From positions 10,974,001 through 11,038,000 of the forward strand of contig OX597836.1 in assembly GCA_951406725.2 (NCBI GenBank): a stretch of 64,000 nt of DNA, written 5' to 3'. Numbering within the stretch: the first letter of the stretch is position 1; the number at the start of each line of letters is the position of its first letter. Of the stretch, positions 44,558 through 57,297 are shown piece by piece. This DNA comes from Octopus vulgaris (Eukaryota). Under the pieces are notes generated by a model. It saw only the letters and a list, made by a program, of their open reading frames with translations, did no database searches and was not told where the DNA came from. The position numbers and the translations under genes are program-made.

Positions 44558-44740
44558 ACTATCTATCTATCTATCTACCAATTTATCTATCTATGTGTCT
44601 GTCTGTCTATCTGTCTATCTGTCTGTCTGTCTGTCTGTCCGTCCGTCCGTCCATCTCTCTCTCTCTCTCTCTCTGTCTGTTTGTCCATCCATCAGTCTGT
44701 CCGTGCGTCCGTCCGTCCATCCGTCTGTCCGTCCGTCTGT
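44381..44740. repeat. (TATC)n/(TGTC)n/(TCCG)n compound microsatellite
   Basis: Directly visible. Confidence 0.95.
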
Positions 44741-44754
44741 TTGATTTTTATTCT

Positions 44755-44981
44755 TGTTTTTATTCTTTTGTTTGTGTCAGTCGTTTGACTGCGGCCATTC
44801 TGGAGCACAGCCTTTAGTCGAACAAATGGACCCCAGGACTTATTCTTCGAAAGCCTAGTACTTATTCTATCACTCTCTTATGTCGAACAGCTACGTTACG
44901 GAGACGTAAACACACCGACATTGGTTGTCAAGCGATGGTCGGGGGACAAACACAGATACCCAAACATATACATAAGCATAC

Positions 44982-45014
<33 letters not shown>

Positions 45015-45147
45015 CGACAGGCTTCTTTCAGTTTCCGTCTCCCAAATCCACTGACAAGGCTTTGGTCGGCCCGGGGCTATAGTAGAATGTGCCACGTAGT
45101 GGGTGTGAACTCGAAGGCATGTGGCTGTTAAGCAAGCTACTTGCCAC
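44755..45147 (-). mobile_element. SINE family A
   Basis: Reverse complement of 358-730 with small deletions. Confidence 0.8.
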
Positions 45148-45200
<53 letters not shown>

Positions 45201-45224
45201 TATATATACGTATGTATATATATG

Positions 45225-45269
<45 letters not shown>

Positions 45270-46035
45270 GCATATATATATTATACATACATATATATGT
45301 ATGTATATGTATATAGATATATATACATATACATACATATGTATGTATATATACACACGCGTACATGTGTGTATGTCATGTCTGTATTTGTATATATTTA
45401 CGTACACCCACGCACACACACACACCCACGCATACATTCACACACAAAGCCACGCTCACTGAGTGAGGGCACACCATCGCACATACGTTTGCGTTATTTT
45501 ATTTAGCACCATTAAACACCATTATTGATATATCCAGGAGACAATAATACGAAATTCTCCAAGAGATGAAGAGAAACACCTGTACATGAAGACATTTTAT
45601 AAATCTTACCAGCATCTCCTTCAACACCATCACGGACAGACACACACCACACAAACATATGCACACATATATAAAACCAGAAGACCAAGTTCCTTTCAAT
45701 CATTTTTGGAGAGGCGTTCTCATTATCTTGAGAAAATTAGATTTCTTCAACAAGGCTGTATTCTCTATGATTCTAATCCCATTCATACAATCTTAGAATT
45801 CGATTCTGAAGATAAACTTTCTCTTTAGCATTGATCTGTAGTCGTCCTCTCTCTGAATTACGTTATTAACTGATAAAACCTGCCGATTGGGTGCTATTGA
45901 ATCAGACGGCATATTGAATTCATTAAATCATGTGACTATGATGGCGGATAAAGGTGGCGAAGCGGAGAGGGTATGAAGATGTGACGGACAACGAAGTAAA
46001 CCCTTTTTGCGCTAATCATATGTTTGTGTGTGTGC

Positions 46036-46084
<49 letters not shown>

Positions 46085-46382
46085 TATACATATATATACA
46101 TATATATACATATATATATATATATATACATATATATACATATATATAGCTATGTATATAAACATATATATATATATATATATATATATAGCTATGTATA
46201 TAAACATATATATATACATATATATATATGTATGTAGATATACACAAATATATATAAGTATATATGTATATACACAGACAAACACATGCATGCACACACA
46301 TATACACACTCTCATGTATCAATATAGACATATACATACATTTACACACGGATATATACGTTTATATAAATATTTGTATGAA

Positions 46383-46415
<33 letters not shown>

Positions 46416-46419
<4 letters not shown>

Positions 46420-46708
46420 ATAAATATTAGGGAATGAATCCAAAATTACAGGGAAAAATCAGATTTAGGGTTAAATCCAATTTTATAGTAAAATATTATA
46501 TAATATAATTCGAGGCAAAACCACTATTTTAAAACCAAACAAGGAAAGACTTAATCAATACATAAACTTTTAATATAAATTAAATAAACCGCCACTACAA
46601 ATGTTTCATGTCTGCTCCGACAATCTTCAGGTGGATTTTAAAATTTTATGTATTGATTAAGTCTCTCCTTGTTTGGTTTTAAAATAGTGGTTTTGTCTCG
46701 AATTATAT

Positions 46709-46712
<4 letters not shown>
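46416..46712 (-). mobile_element. Fold-back PLE-like element (family P4) between (TA)n tracts; arms about 46497-46572 and 46639-46714
   Basis: ATAATTCGAGGCAAAACCACTATTTTAAAACCAAACAAGG is mirrored by CCTTGTTTGGTTTTAAAATAGTGGTTTTGTCTCGAATTAT. A hammerhead motif lies in the loop. Confidence 0.7.
46592..46634 (-). ncRNA. Minimal type I hammerhead ribozyme motif
   Basis: CCAC-CTGAAGA-T-TGTC-GGAGCA-GACA-T-GAAA-C-ATTT-G-TA-GTGG: canonical CUGANGA/GAAA core, GUA triplet, 4-bp stems I and II. Confidence 0.7.
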
Positions 46713-46755
<43 letters not shown>

Positions 46756-46793
46756 ATGTGTGTGCGTGTGTGTACGCAAACGTAGATACAAAC

Positions 46794-46916
<123 letters not shown>

Positions 46917-47234
46917 AGGTGGTGCTATTAAGTTAGACATGGCCTGGGCCAATAATGGCCGAAACCTATCAAAGTATCAAAGTATATATGTATGTATGTA
47001 TGCATGTATATATGTATGTGTATATATATATATGTATGTGTGTGCATATATATATATATATATGTGTGTGTTTGTGTGTGTGTGAATGAATGTATGTATG
47101 TATATATACACGTATATGTTCCATCTTAATCACCTTACTAGCACCGGATAAATATCCAATATCCTGCCCATATTAGCGAGGCAGCGTTTAAAAACTTACA
47201 AACGTGTTCACAAGACCTCATATTGATGTCATTA

Positions 47235-47236
47235 TT

Positions 47237-47313
<77 letters not shown>

Positions 47314-47363
47314 TACTGTTCTTGTTGTTGTGATAGATATTATTATTATTATTATCATTATTA

Positions 47364-47436
<73 letters not shown>

Positions 47437-47438
47437 CA

Positions 47439-47499
<61 letters not shown>

Positions 47500-47507
47500 C
47501 ATCATTA

Positions 47508-47538
<31 letters not shown>

Positions 47539-47549
47539 TATTATTATCA

Positions 47550-47587
<38 letters not shown>

Positions 47588-47632
47588 GTTATTATTATTG
47601 TTGTTGTTGTTAATATTATTATCTTTATTAAT

Positions 47633-47670
<38 letters not shown>

Positions 47671-47732
47671 CAATATTATCATTATTATTATTATCATCAT
47701 CATTATTATTATTATTATTATTATTTTTATTA

Positions 47733-47823
<91 letters not shown>

Positions 47824-48039
47824 CATTATTATCATTATTGTCGTTATTGTCATTATTATTATTTTTTTTATTATTATTATCGTTGTTGTTGTTGTTATTA
47901 AAAACCCTGAAACGAAATCATCCACATCATCTTCACCATCTCAACAATCCCTCTCCTCCTCATCAAGGTCTGCCCTACTGCTATCCGCAACTTCTTTTCC
48001 ACCATCATCATCAGCAGCTTCACCATCACCACCACCACC

Positions 48040-48126
<87 letters not shown>

Positions 48127-48269
48127 GTCGTCGTTGTCGTCATCGTCACTTTCATCCCCTTCAGTATCATAATCACCATCATCACCACTACCACCACCAC
48201 TACTCCCCATCTCTTCCACTAACTTCTCATTATTATTATTTTTATGATTACTATTACTATTATTGTAGT

Positions 48270-48340
<71 letters not shown>

Positions 48341-48465
48341 GTGCTGCTGCTTCTATCTTAGCTGCTGATGCTAGACGTTGTTACATCCGCTGCTTATCCT
48401 TGTAGTTCTAATCCTCCTCCTCCTCCTCCTCCTCCTCATCATCATCATCATCCTCATCATCATCT
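47235..48465. repeat. Long mosaic trinucleotide array (GCA/GTA/ATT/CAT/CAC/TAC/CCT)
   Basis: Directly visible. Confidence 0.92.
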
Positions 48466-49019
48466 TCCGGTCGATATCGTTAATTGTATTCGAGATTACC
48501 CATAACGCTTTTCGCTTCTCCTCAACCCCTTCTCCTCCTTCACATTTTCAGGCGCTTATAATGTCGTCTGCTACAAATCAGTACCACGCCCCACACAGAA
48601 ATGTACTTTTAGGACAGATGTAAATTAATTGTCGTTAGTCCGGCCGCCATTTTGAACGATGTATTTTTCCACGAAACTCAATTCATTTTTTTGTTCATTA
48701 AATTGTTTCAGGCATTGGACTGCGGCCATACTGCAGCTATACTGCGACGCCGCCTGGTAAGGATAATCTGTTGTCTTTTAAATATATTACTTGGTTTAGT
48801 CATGAGGCTGCGGCCATGCTGGGTCATCGCCTTAAAGAATTTCAGTCGAATGAATCAAGTTCAGTATTTATCATATATTTTGTAAAAAACCTGGTGCATA
48901 TTATATCGAACTCTTTAGCCGAACCGCTAAGTTACCGGGACGTAAATATACTAAAACCGGTTGTCAAGCGGTGGTGCGACACAAGCTCATACGCAAAGAC
49001 GCATACATATGGATATATT

Positions 49020-49062
<43 letters not shown>

Positions 49063-49065
<3 letters not shown>

Positions 49066-49467
49066 TCCCCAAAGTCCATCCCCTCCTCACCGTGGTGGGG
49101 ACGCTGGCAACGGGTAGTGTCAGAGCTATGCCGTTGGAAACTTCGGTTCCTGGTAGGGCCATCCAAGGCGGATTGGTCTGACACCGAGTGGTATTAGGGC
49201 CACAACCCGGCAGACGGGGCTCTGGTGAAAATCCTCGGAGTGTCTGTTTCGGCAACCAGCAGCTCCTCGGTCGTTCTGTCCCTGCGCCTGCGGACAATCT
49301 GCGGCAAACAGGATGTCTCTACATGCGGGATTGTTGGGGATCGCTTGTGAAATTCATATTCCAACGAAACTTCTACCACCGCCATGGTTCGAGATGCCTC
49401 GAGGGTGGTAGAAGAAGTCGACTCAACCCGCCCAGGGTGAATGTCGCCACAAGTACAAGTTAGTAAG
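49063..49467 (+). mobile_element. GC-rich insert between (TA)n tracts resembling an RTE-clade LINE 5'UTR
   Basis: CCGTGGTGGGG..GAGCTATGCCG..CTGGTAGGGCCATCCAAGGCGGATTGGTC resembles the conserved 5'UTR block of RTE elements (BovB/Rex3-type). Recognised from memory, not searched. Confidence 0.45.
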
Positions 49468-49497
49468 TATATATATATGTATACATATATATATACG

Positions 49498-49548
<51 letters not shown>

Positions 49549-49702
49549 ATGTATATATATATGTACGTGCATACACACACACACATACATATATGCTTAT
49601 ATACATACATATATATATATATATATACACATACATATCTACATATATATATATATATATATGTATGTATATATGCATATATATATATGTGTGTGTGTAT
49701 GC

Positions 49703-49734
<32 letters not shown>

Positions 49735-49776
49735 ATATCTACATATATATATATATATATAAATATACATATATAT

Positions 49777-49923
49777 ATTCTCCCTTTTTATTTCCTCTGC
49801 TTATTTTCTCATGTTCCCTTCTGTTGAAGTGCGTAGGCTCGAAACGTAAAAGACGTTCTCACCTTCCCGAGTGTTAAACTAATACACCTGTTTGTTGTTT
49901 ACATACCCGTCTTCGTCTTTTGT
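49777..49923 (+). mobile_element. PLE-like family P1 relative, hammerhead-like motif at 49817-49852
   Basis: CTGTTGA-AGTGC-GTAG-GCTC-GAAA-CG-TA-AAAG, followed by CTAATACACCTGTTTG..GTCTTCGTCTTTTG as in P1. Confidence 0.5.
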
Positions 49924-50067
49924 AGGTGTAACTTATAATTGGGACGGCTAGAATGTTGATACCTATCATCTTGTTCTTCGCATTCAGCTCTGTTTTCAAT
50001 ATTAATCTAACTCGTCTATAGCATTCCTTTCTTATCTCCCCTTTCATTTGTGTATGTTGTATCGTGC

Positions 50068-50068
50068 A

Positions 50069-50102
<34 letters not shown>

Positions 50103-50155
50103 GTTGTTGTTGTTGTTGTTGTTATTATTATTATTGTTATTTTTATTATTATTGC

Positions 50156-50186
<31 letters not shown>

Positions 50187-50372
50187 ATATCTTTTCTCCT
50201 TCTTCTTCTTCTCCTTCTTCTTCTATTTCTTCTTCTTCTTCTTCTATTTCTTCTTCTTCTATTTCTTCTTCTTTTCTTCTTCTTCTATTTCTTCTTCTAT
50301 TTCTTCTTCTTCTTCTCCTCCTCCTTCTTCTTCTTCTTTTTCTTCTTCTTCTTCTATTTCTTCTTCTTCTTC

Positions 50373-50429
<57 letters not shown>

Positions 50430-50500
50430 TTCTTCTTCTTCTTCTTCTTCTTCTTCTTCTCTTCCTCCTCTTCCTCCTTCTTCTTCTCCTTCTCCTTCTT
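50068..50500. repeat. Mosaic (TAT)/(TGT)/(CTT)/(CAT) array
   Basis: Directly visible. Confidence 0.93.
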
Positions 50501-50907
50501 ATGACTGGGTATTCTTTCTGGTTATATAATTCATGCGTTATGTTTTTGTGACACAGAAAAAAAAAAACAATAATGACCACAGAAAAATATACAGAATATA
50601 CATTTTAGATCATTACTCATATTATTTTATTACACTACAAAAAAGACAAAAAAATAACCCACCGTAAAGAAAAATAAAGGAAAACGCATACACCCAAAAC
50701 GTGGAATTACTAGGTAGTTGATGATAGCATCGCATAAAAGTGTTGGCGATTGAACAGAACAAAAACAATACATACCTACACGCATATATGTATGTATATA
50801 TATATATATATATCTTCACACATACGTATATGTGAATATTTATATATATGTATATATATATATATGTATGTATATATATATATGTATATGTATATATATA
50901 TATATGT

Positions 50908-50953
<46 letters not shown>

Positions 50954-51646
50954 ATTTATGTATGCATTGCGTAAAACAAAAATGGAAGACGAAAAGGCAT
51001 AAAGAAACGTGCAAATCTTTCGCAAAACGAAAAAAAAAAAAGATGTAGATGGAATATAACGTAACGATTGCCGTTTTTGGCAAACGCATTTGATAAACAC
51101 ACCATTAGCATTCTATTGAGGAATTCTAAATAAAAGTTTTAATGCTTTTAAACTAAACCACTAATGGGACAATTTATGGAACCATCGTGTAAGGCAAACC
51201 CTTTTTTCTTTGCGATAATACGCCTCTTTTATAGCTAAACATTGGCGATAACTATGAGAGATAAAAATCATTAGATTCAGGTATATTGTTATAGAAGATA
51301 AAAAATCATTTATACTTTTAAGAGTCCCACGAGAAGAAACGGCATCTTGTCAAATATATTAACGATCCGCCATTGCACCAGCGTTTATGTAAATTTGTTT
51401 TCGTTTATGAAACAATACTTGTTAATGTTGTAATTGTTGCTGTTATTGTTGTTGTTGTTGTTGTTGGTGGTGGTGTTGGTGGTGGTGGTGGTGTTGCTGT
51501 TCTTGCAGTTGTTCGTGTTGGTGTTAAATTGGCAAGAGGTATGGTGTCGTGTAAAACTGTTCGAACCAATATGTTAATTTAATATTTATGACAGTTTTGT
51601 TGGAAAAAACGATATATAATGCAAACGTGTATATCTGTACATACAA

Positions 51647-51691
<45 letters not shown>

Positions 51692-51776
51692 CACACACTA
51701 CACACACAGATATATATATACATATGTAAATATTTATATACATATATATATACGTATATACCTACATATACATATA

Positions 51777-51835
<59 letters not shown>

Positions 51836-51896
51836 AAACACGTATATATATATATGCATGTATATATGTATATATATATAAACGTATATGAACATA

Positions 51897-51940
<44 letters not shown>

Positions 51941-51983
51941 TATAAACGTATGCTTCCACACATATACATACCTATCTAGCTAC

Positions 51984-52028
<45 letters not shown>

Positions 52029-52159
52029 TGTGTGCGTCTGAGTTGTATGTGTGTGTATGTATATGTATACATGCACACATAAATATATATATATAAATGT
52101 ATATGCGTATCTGTTTATACAGATATATACATATATGTGTGTGTGTGTGCGCGCGCGTG

Positions 52160-52236
<77 letters not shown>

Positions 52237-52707
52237 GTGTGTGTTTGTATATATAAGCAAAATACCTACTACATTTTAGCAGGTGTGTGAACGAGCTTCT
52301 ATTAACGATTCGTTGAGCTGGTTAGCTTCTTCAATAAATATCAACAAGCTTAGTTTTACATTTAACAAATGAGGTTCTGCTGGTCTTCCTTCCACTTCTT
52401 CTCTTTCTTCCGTTCCAATGTTTTCTCTGCATCCCCACTGACAAAGTTCTCAATGAAGGAAATACAGTTTATTCTCAAAATCACAGTGCATTCTGAGTAA
52501 TAATTAATGCGATCGTGAAGTCCTGAGAAGCATTGTGTACTCTCGCAGCATATCTCCGACTTAATTATTATATAAAAGAAGTGGACTCTTCTCTCGTAGA
52601 CCGTATCAAGACACTTACCCCCACCCCAGGACAAGTAACCCCTATATTAAGAAGTTTTAAATCACCATCTGTTGTCTTCAGGGGTAATTTCCTTGGTGGG
52701 CGTCATT

Positions 52708-52929
52708 ACTTTTTTACTCTTTTACTTGTTTCAGTCATTTTGACTGCGGCCATGCTGGAGCACCGCCTTTAATCGAGCAACTCGACCCCGGGACTTATTC
52801 TTTTTGTAAGCCCAGTACTTAATCTATTGGTCTTTTTTGCCGAACCGCTAAGTAACGTGGACATAAACACACCAGCATCGGTTGTCAAGCAATGCTAGGG
52901 GGGACAAACCTCAGACACACAAACACACA

Positions 52930-52987
<58 letters not shown>

Positions 52988-53149
52988 TACGACGGGCTTC
53001 TTTCAGTTTCCGTCTACCAAATCCACTCACAAGGCTTTGGTCGGCCCGAGGCTATAGTAGAAGACACTTGCCCAAGGTGCCACGCAGTGGGACTGAACCC
53101 GGAACCATGTGGTTTTGTAAACAAGCTACTTACCACACAGCCACTCCTG
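52708..53149 (-). mobile_element. SINE family A, near full length
   Basis: Reverse complement of 358-730 with an expanded internal (TA)n. Confidence 0.88.
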
Positions 53150-53524
53150 AACGGGGAGGGTAAAAGTCATAGACTCGTCGTAGACAACATATGAACATTC
53201 TACCACTTAGTAGTGAGGGCATTCAACTCACGATCGTAAGGTCACGAGTTCGATTCCCGCCGGCGCGTTGTGTCCTTGAGCAAGACACTTTATTTCACGT
53301 TGCTCCAGTCCACTCAGCTGGCAATTTGGTCGCCGACGACTCGACCATGCAGCGGGTTGTAAAGAATTACATGTGGGCGTCAGTGCTCACAAGCGACATG
53401 ACATACACATGTACATACATACGTACGTACATGCATACATACACACACACATACACACACACACACATATATATATATAGAGAGAGAGATAGATATAGAT
53501 ATTGATACATACATACACACATAC

Positions 53525-53665
53525 GTCACTTAGCGGTTCGGCAAAAGAGACTGATAGAATAAGTACTGGGCTTACAAAGAATAAGTCCCGGGGTCGATTT
53601 GCTCGACTAAAGGCGGTGCTCCAGCATGGCCGCAGTCAAATGACTGAAACAAATAAAAGAGAGAA
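53525..53665 (+). mobile_element. SINE family A, 3' part
   Basis: Matches about 590-725. Confidence 0.8.
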
Positions 53666-53737
53666 AGAGACATGCATACATGCATACTTACATATATACA
53701 TAAATGCACATACATGTATGTATATATATAAAATCGT

Positions 53738-54069
53738 GTGAGGGCGCGTGGCTTAGTGGTTAGGGCATTCGGCTCATGATCGTAAGGTTGTGAGTTCGAT
53801 TCCCGGCGACGCGTTGTGTCCTTGAGCAAGACACTTTATTTCACGTTGCTCCAGTCCACTCAGCTGGCAAAAATGAGTTGTACTTGTATTTCAAAGGGTC
53901 AGCCTTGTCACTCTCTGTGTCACGCTGATTATCCCCGAGAACTACGTTAAGGGTACACGTATCTGTGGAATGCTCAGCCACTTGCACGTTAATTTCACGA
54001 GCAAGCTGTTCCGTTGATCGTATCAGCTGGGACCCTCGTCGTCGTAACCGGTGGAGTCTTTTTTTTTTT
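53738..54069 (+). mobile_element. SINE family C, tail type 3, full length with 13-bp TSD and oligo(T) end
   Basis: A box TGGCTTAGTGG and B box GTTCGATTCC. TATATAAAATCGT at 53725-53737 and 54070-54082. Confidence 0.88.
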
Positions 54070-54654
54070 TATATAAAATCGTATCACATACATACACACA
54101 CAGACATGCACACACTGAAGTGTACATATTTGTTTTGACGGAATTGAAGTTGCAGTTCTTCACACGAACTGCCAGACGATTTTCTACTGAGATATAACAA
54201 CGTAGAAACTGTGAAAAATTTTTATCTTCAATTCTTTTAAAACACGCAAGAATATTCACAAACACCCGCTCACACACTCCACCGAATGGACTCTGTTTCT
54301 CTCGCACACACACACGCACACAGATACACATAGAGACACACAGACACACACACACACACACACACGTACAAATGCACAACCACACTCACATACACACATG
54401 CACGCATACATATGTATAAGTATGTGAGGGAAAAGAATGCGGAATAAGATAAACGAAATGTTATATTTTATCTTTCCGTCAGAAAGCAAATGTAATGCCC
54501 ACGACTCTTTATAAGGACTAGGAGTTTGCTCAGTAAGATGGAGGAAGGGTCCCGCTTCTTCAAATCGGAGTCCTGCACCGAATACTTGGCACAGAATAAA
54601 TTCCGCAAAGAAAACCGAAGGACCAAGTATAAAGTCTACAAGGCCAAATATTGG

Positions 54655-54855
54655 GTTCAAATTTTGGCACAAGGTCAGCACTATTGTGGAAGGAGTTAAG
54701 TCGGTTCTATTGAGCCCTGTACTCTTAACTGGCTCTTATTTTATCGACCCCGAAAGGATGAAATGTAAATTCGACCTCGGCGGAATTTGAACTCAGAACA
54801 TAAATACAGACAAGGTAATTTTCCCGGTATGCAAACGATTCTTCCCTCTCGCCCT
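54655..54855 (-). mobile_element. SINE family B relative, diverged
   Basis: TTTATCGACCCCGAAAGGATGAAA..TCGACCTCGGCGGAATTTGAACTCAGAAC. Confidence 0.7.
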
Positions 54856-55204
54856 CTTACACAAGACCAAATATTACCACGTTTATATTAAGATACGTAC
54901 AAGCTTCGGTATACAAATCAAACAACGAGAATGCTTAACACCCGATTGTGATGAGAAATGGCAAAGCTGTTGTTATGAAGGCATGCCAAGGTTTTAACGT
55001 ATGTTTTTATCTTCGATTAGTTTCAGTCATTAGATTCCAGACATTCTGGAGCACCGCTCGAACTCGAACAAATTGACTCCTAGTACTTAGACGTTTTATT
55101 CTATTGGTCTTTTTTGACGAAACGCTGATTTACGGAGTCGCTATCAAACCAACACCGGCTGTCATGCAGTGGTGGAGATAAACACAGATATAATAACTCA
55201 CACA

Positions 55205-55249
<45 letters not shown>

Positions 55250-55314
55250 CTAATACACCTGTTTGCTGTCTATACCACCTGTCTTCGTCCTTTGTATTTT
55301 TTGTGAATTCTCCC

Positions 55315-55365
<51 letters not shown>

Positions 55366-55370
55366 ATATG

Positions 55371-55419
<49 letters not shown>

Positions 55420-55562
55420 ATGTATGTTTGTATGTATGTATGTATGTATGTATGTATGTATGTATGTATGTATGTATGGATCAAGCTGTAACTCCCAATA
55501 AATGTGTCGAGTGCCCGTCTTTCGTTTTGTCTGCTAACAATATATATATATATATATATATT

Positions 55563-55959
55563 CTTTTCTTTTATTCTTTTACTTGTTTCAGTCATTTGAC
55601 TGCGGCCATGCTGGAGCACCGCCTTTAGCCGAGCAAATCGACCCCGCGACTTATTCTTTGTAAGCCCAGTACTTATTCTATCGGTCTCTTTTTGCCGAAC
55701 CGCTAAGTGACGGGGACATAAACACACCAGCATCGGTTGTCAAGCAATGCTAGGGGGACAAACACAGACATACACACACACATATATATATATATACGAC
55801 AGGCTTCTTTCAGTTTCCGTCTACCAAATCCACTCACAAGGCATTGGTCGGCCCGGAGCTATAGCAGAAGACACTTGCCCAAGATGCCACGCAGTGGGAC
55901 TGAACCCGGAACCATGTGGTTGGTTAGCAAGCTACTTACCACACAGCCACTCCTGCGCC
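55563..55959 (-). mobile_element. SINE family A, full length
   Basis: Reverse complement of 358-730. Confidence 0.88.
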
Positions 55960-56000
<41 letters not shown>

Positions 56001-56202
56001 TTATCATGAAAGCCTCAAAAAGTACGGAATATTGGCCCAATATATTCCAAGCATTGCAGGAGGCTAAAATTGAAAGAAGACAGCCAAACAGAACAATTGG
56101 ACAAAACAGTGAATTTGTGTGAGCGTATGTGTGTGTGTGCAAGATATATGTGTGTGTGTGTGTGAATGTTGACGAGAGAGAGAAAGTTGAGAGTCTGAAA
56201 TG

Positions 56203-56960
56203 TCATAATTTCTCTGCTGTAATGGGCAGTCTGTTGTTTAGTTCTTTTATGCCTTGCATTATACGTTTGAGATGACCAACTTTGTGGACACCAAGATCTT
56301 TGAGATCACTTCGTTCTAACGACAGTAATTCTGAACCTCGGATTTCATTTGTTACAAAATTCTGTTGGTACTCTCCAAGAGCCAGTGTCTCCAACCACAT
56401 TGCTACTTCAGCTGTACTCCAGTCTTCAATATTTTTCAGATCTGTTGAAGCTGCCTGAGAACTGTTCTTGTCTCGTTCTTTATCACGACCTTTGCCCTTC
56501 AATTTGCTGTAAACCTGCCGGAATTTGCCTCCCTTACGATGTTTTTGTTCTGATGTGGACATCTCTTCTTGACTCGTTTGTAAATTCACAAGTCCAGTGA
56601 CATCAACTATTTTCCTCATTTCAGCTTCTAATTTTGTTAGTAACCCACTTAATTGAGCATCACGATTGTAATATGTAGAAGGAGACTTTTCTCGTAGAAA
56701 AATGTGTGTTTCATTGTAAAGAATTTTCATGCTATTGACAAAATCGGAGAGTAAAGGTCGCAGTGAGGGTTCGGTCAGTGAAGAATTTGATTCAGCAAGT
56801 TTCCCTGAAAGACACAAAGCATCCAGGCGTTCTGATGCTTCAGAGGAATGGGAATAAAGATCTTGTTCAAGAGCACTGTGTTGATTAGCAGACGATTTCA
56901 CACAATCTATAAATTCAGATGACACTATAAAGCTGTGTAGAGCAGCTTCGTCTTCCAACA

Positions 56961-56964
<4 letters not shown>
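56203..56964 (-). CDS. C-terminal fragment of a type II diacylglycerol kinase (delta/eta-like): helical region plus SAM domain; intact intronless ORF, probably a captured or retroposed fragment
   Basis: WSTAEVAMWLETLALGEYQQNFVTNEIRGSELLSLERSDLKDLGVHKVGHLKRIMQGIKEL closely follows the DGKD/DGKH SAM domain. 253 codons without a stop; no kinase, PH or C1 domains. The ATG is formed at the (TA)n junction. Confidence 0.85.
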
Positions 56965-57016
<52 letters not shown>

Positions 57017-57026
57017 TATATAGAAG

Positions 57027-57075
57027 GAGCTTCTACCTAGTACTGTTTCATTCAAGAGAAATCTTCAGGAAGCTC
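57027..57075 (-). ncRNA. Type I hammerhead motif, inverted copy with shortened stem III
   Basis: GAGCTTC-CTGAAGA-TTTCTCTTGAAT-GAAA-C-AGTACTAG-G-TA-GAAGCTC. Predicted cut between 57034 and 57033. Confidence 0.6.
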
Positions 57076-57077
57076 CT

Positions 57078-57130
57078 GAGCTTCCTGAAGATTTCTCTTG
57101 AATGAAACAGTACTAGTCCTGTAGAAGCTC
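57078..57130 (+). ncRNA. Type I hammerhead ribozyme motif
   Basis: GAGCTTC-CTGAAGA-T-TTC-TCTT-GAA-T-GAAA-CAG-TACTAGTC-CTG-TA-GAAGCTC: 7-bp stem I, canonical core, near-palindromic stem III and GUA triplet (cut after 57123). Confidence 0.75.
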
Positions 57131-57210
57131 CTTCTATATAATAAATTAATTTTACTCTGCTATGTATTGAGTACCTTACTTACTGTGGTTAACCCCGTAT
57201 CAACCCGGGA

Positions 57211-57297
<87 letters not shown>

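Larger units (their letters stand above)
57012..57216. mobile_element. Fold-back PLE-like element (family P5): near-perfect palindrome 57011-57146 plus a 70-bp 3' extension, between (TA)n tracts
   Basis: The arms are exact reverse complements around CT at 57076-57077, except for a 4-nt indel (TCCT). Confidence 0.75.
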
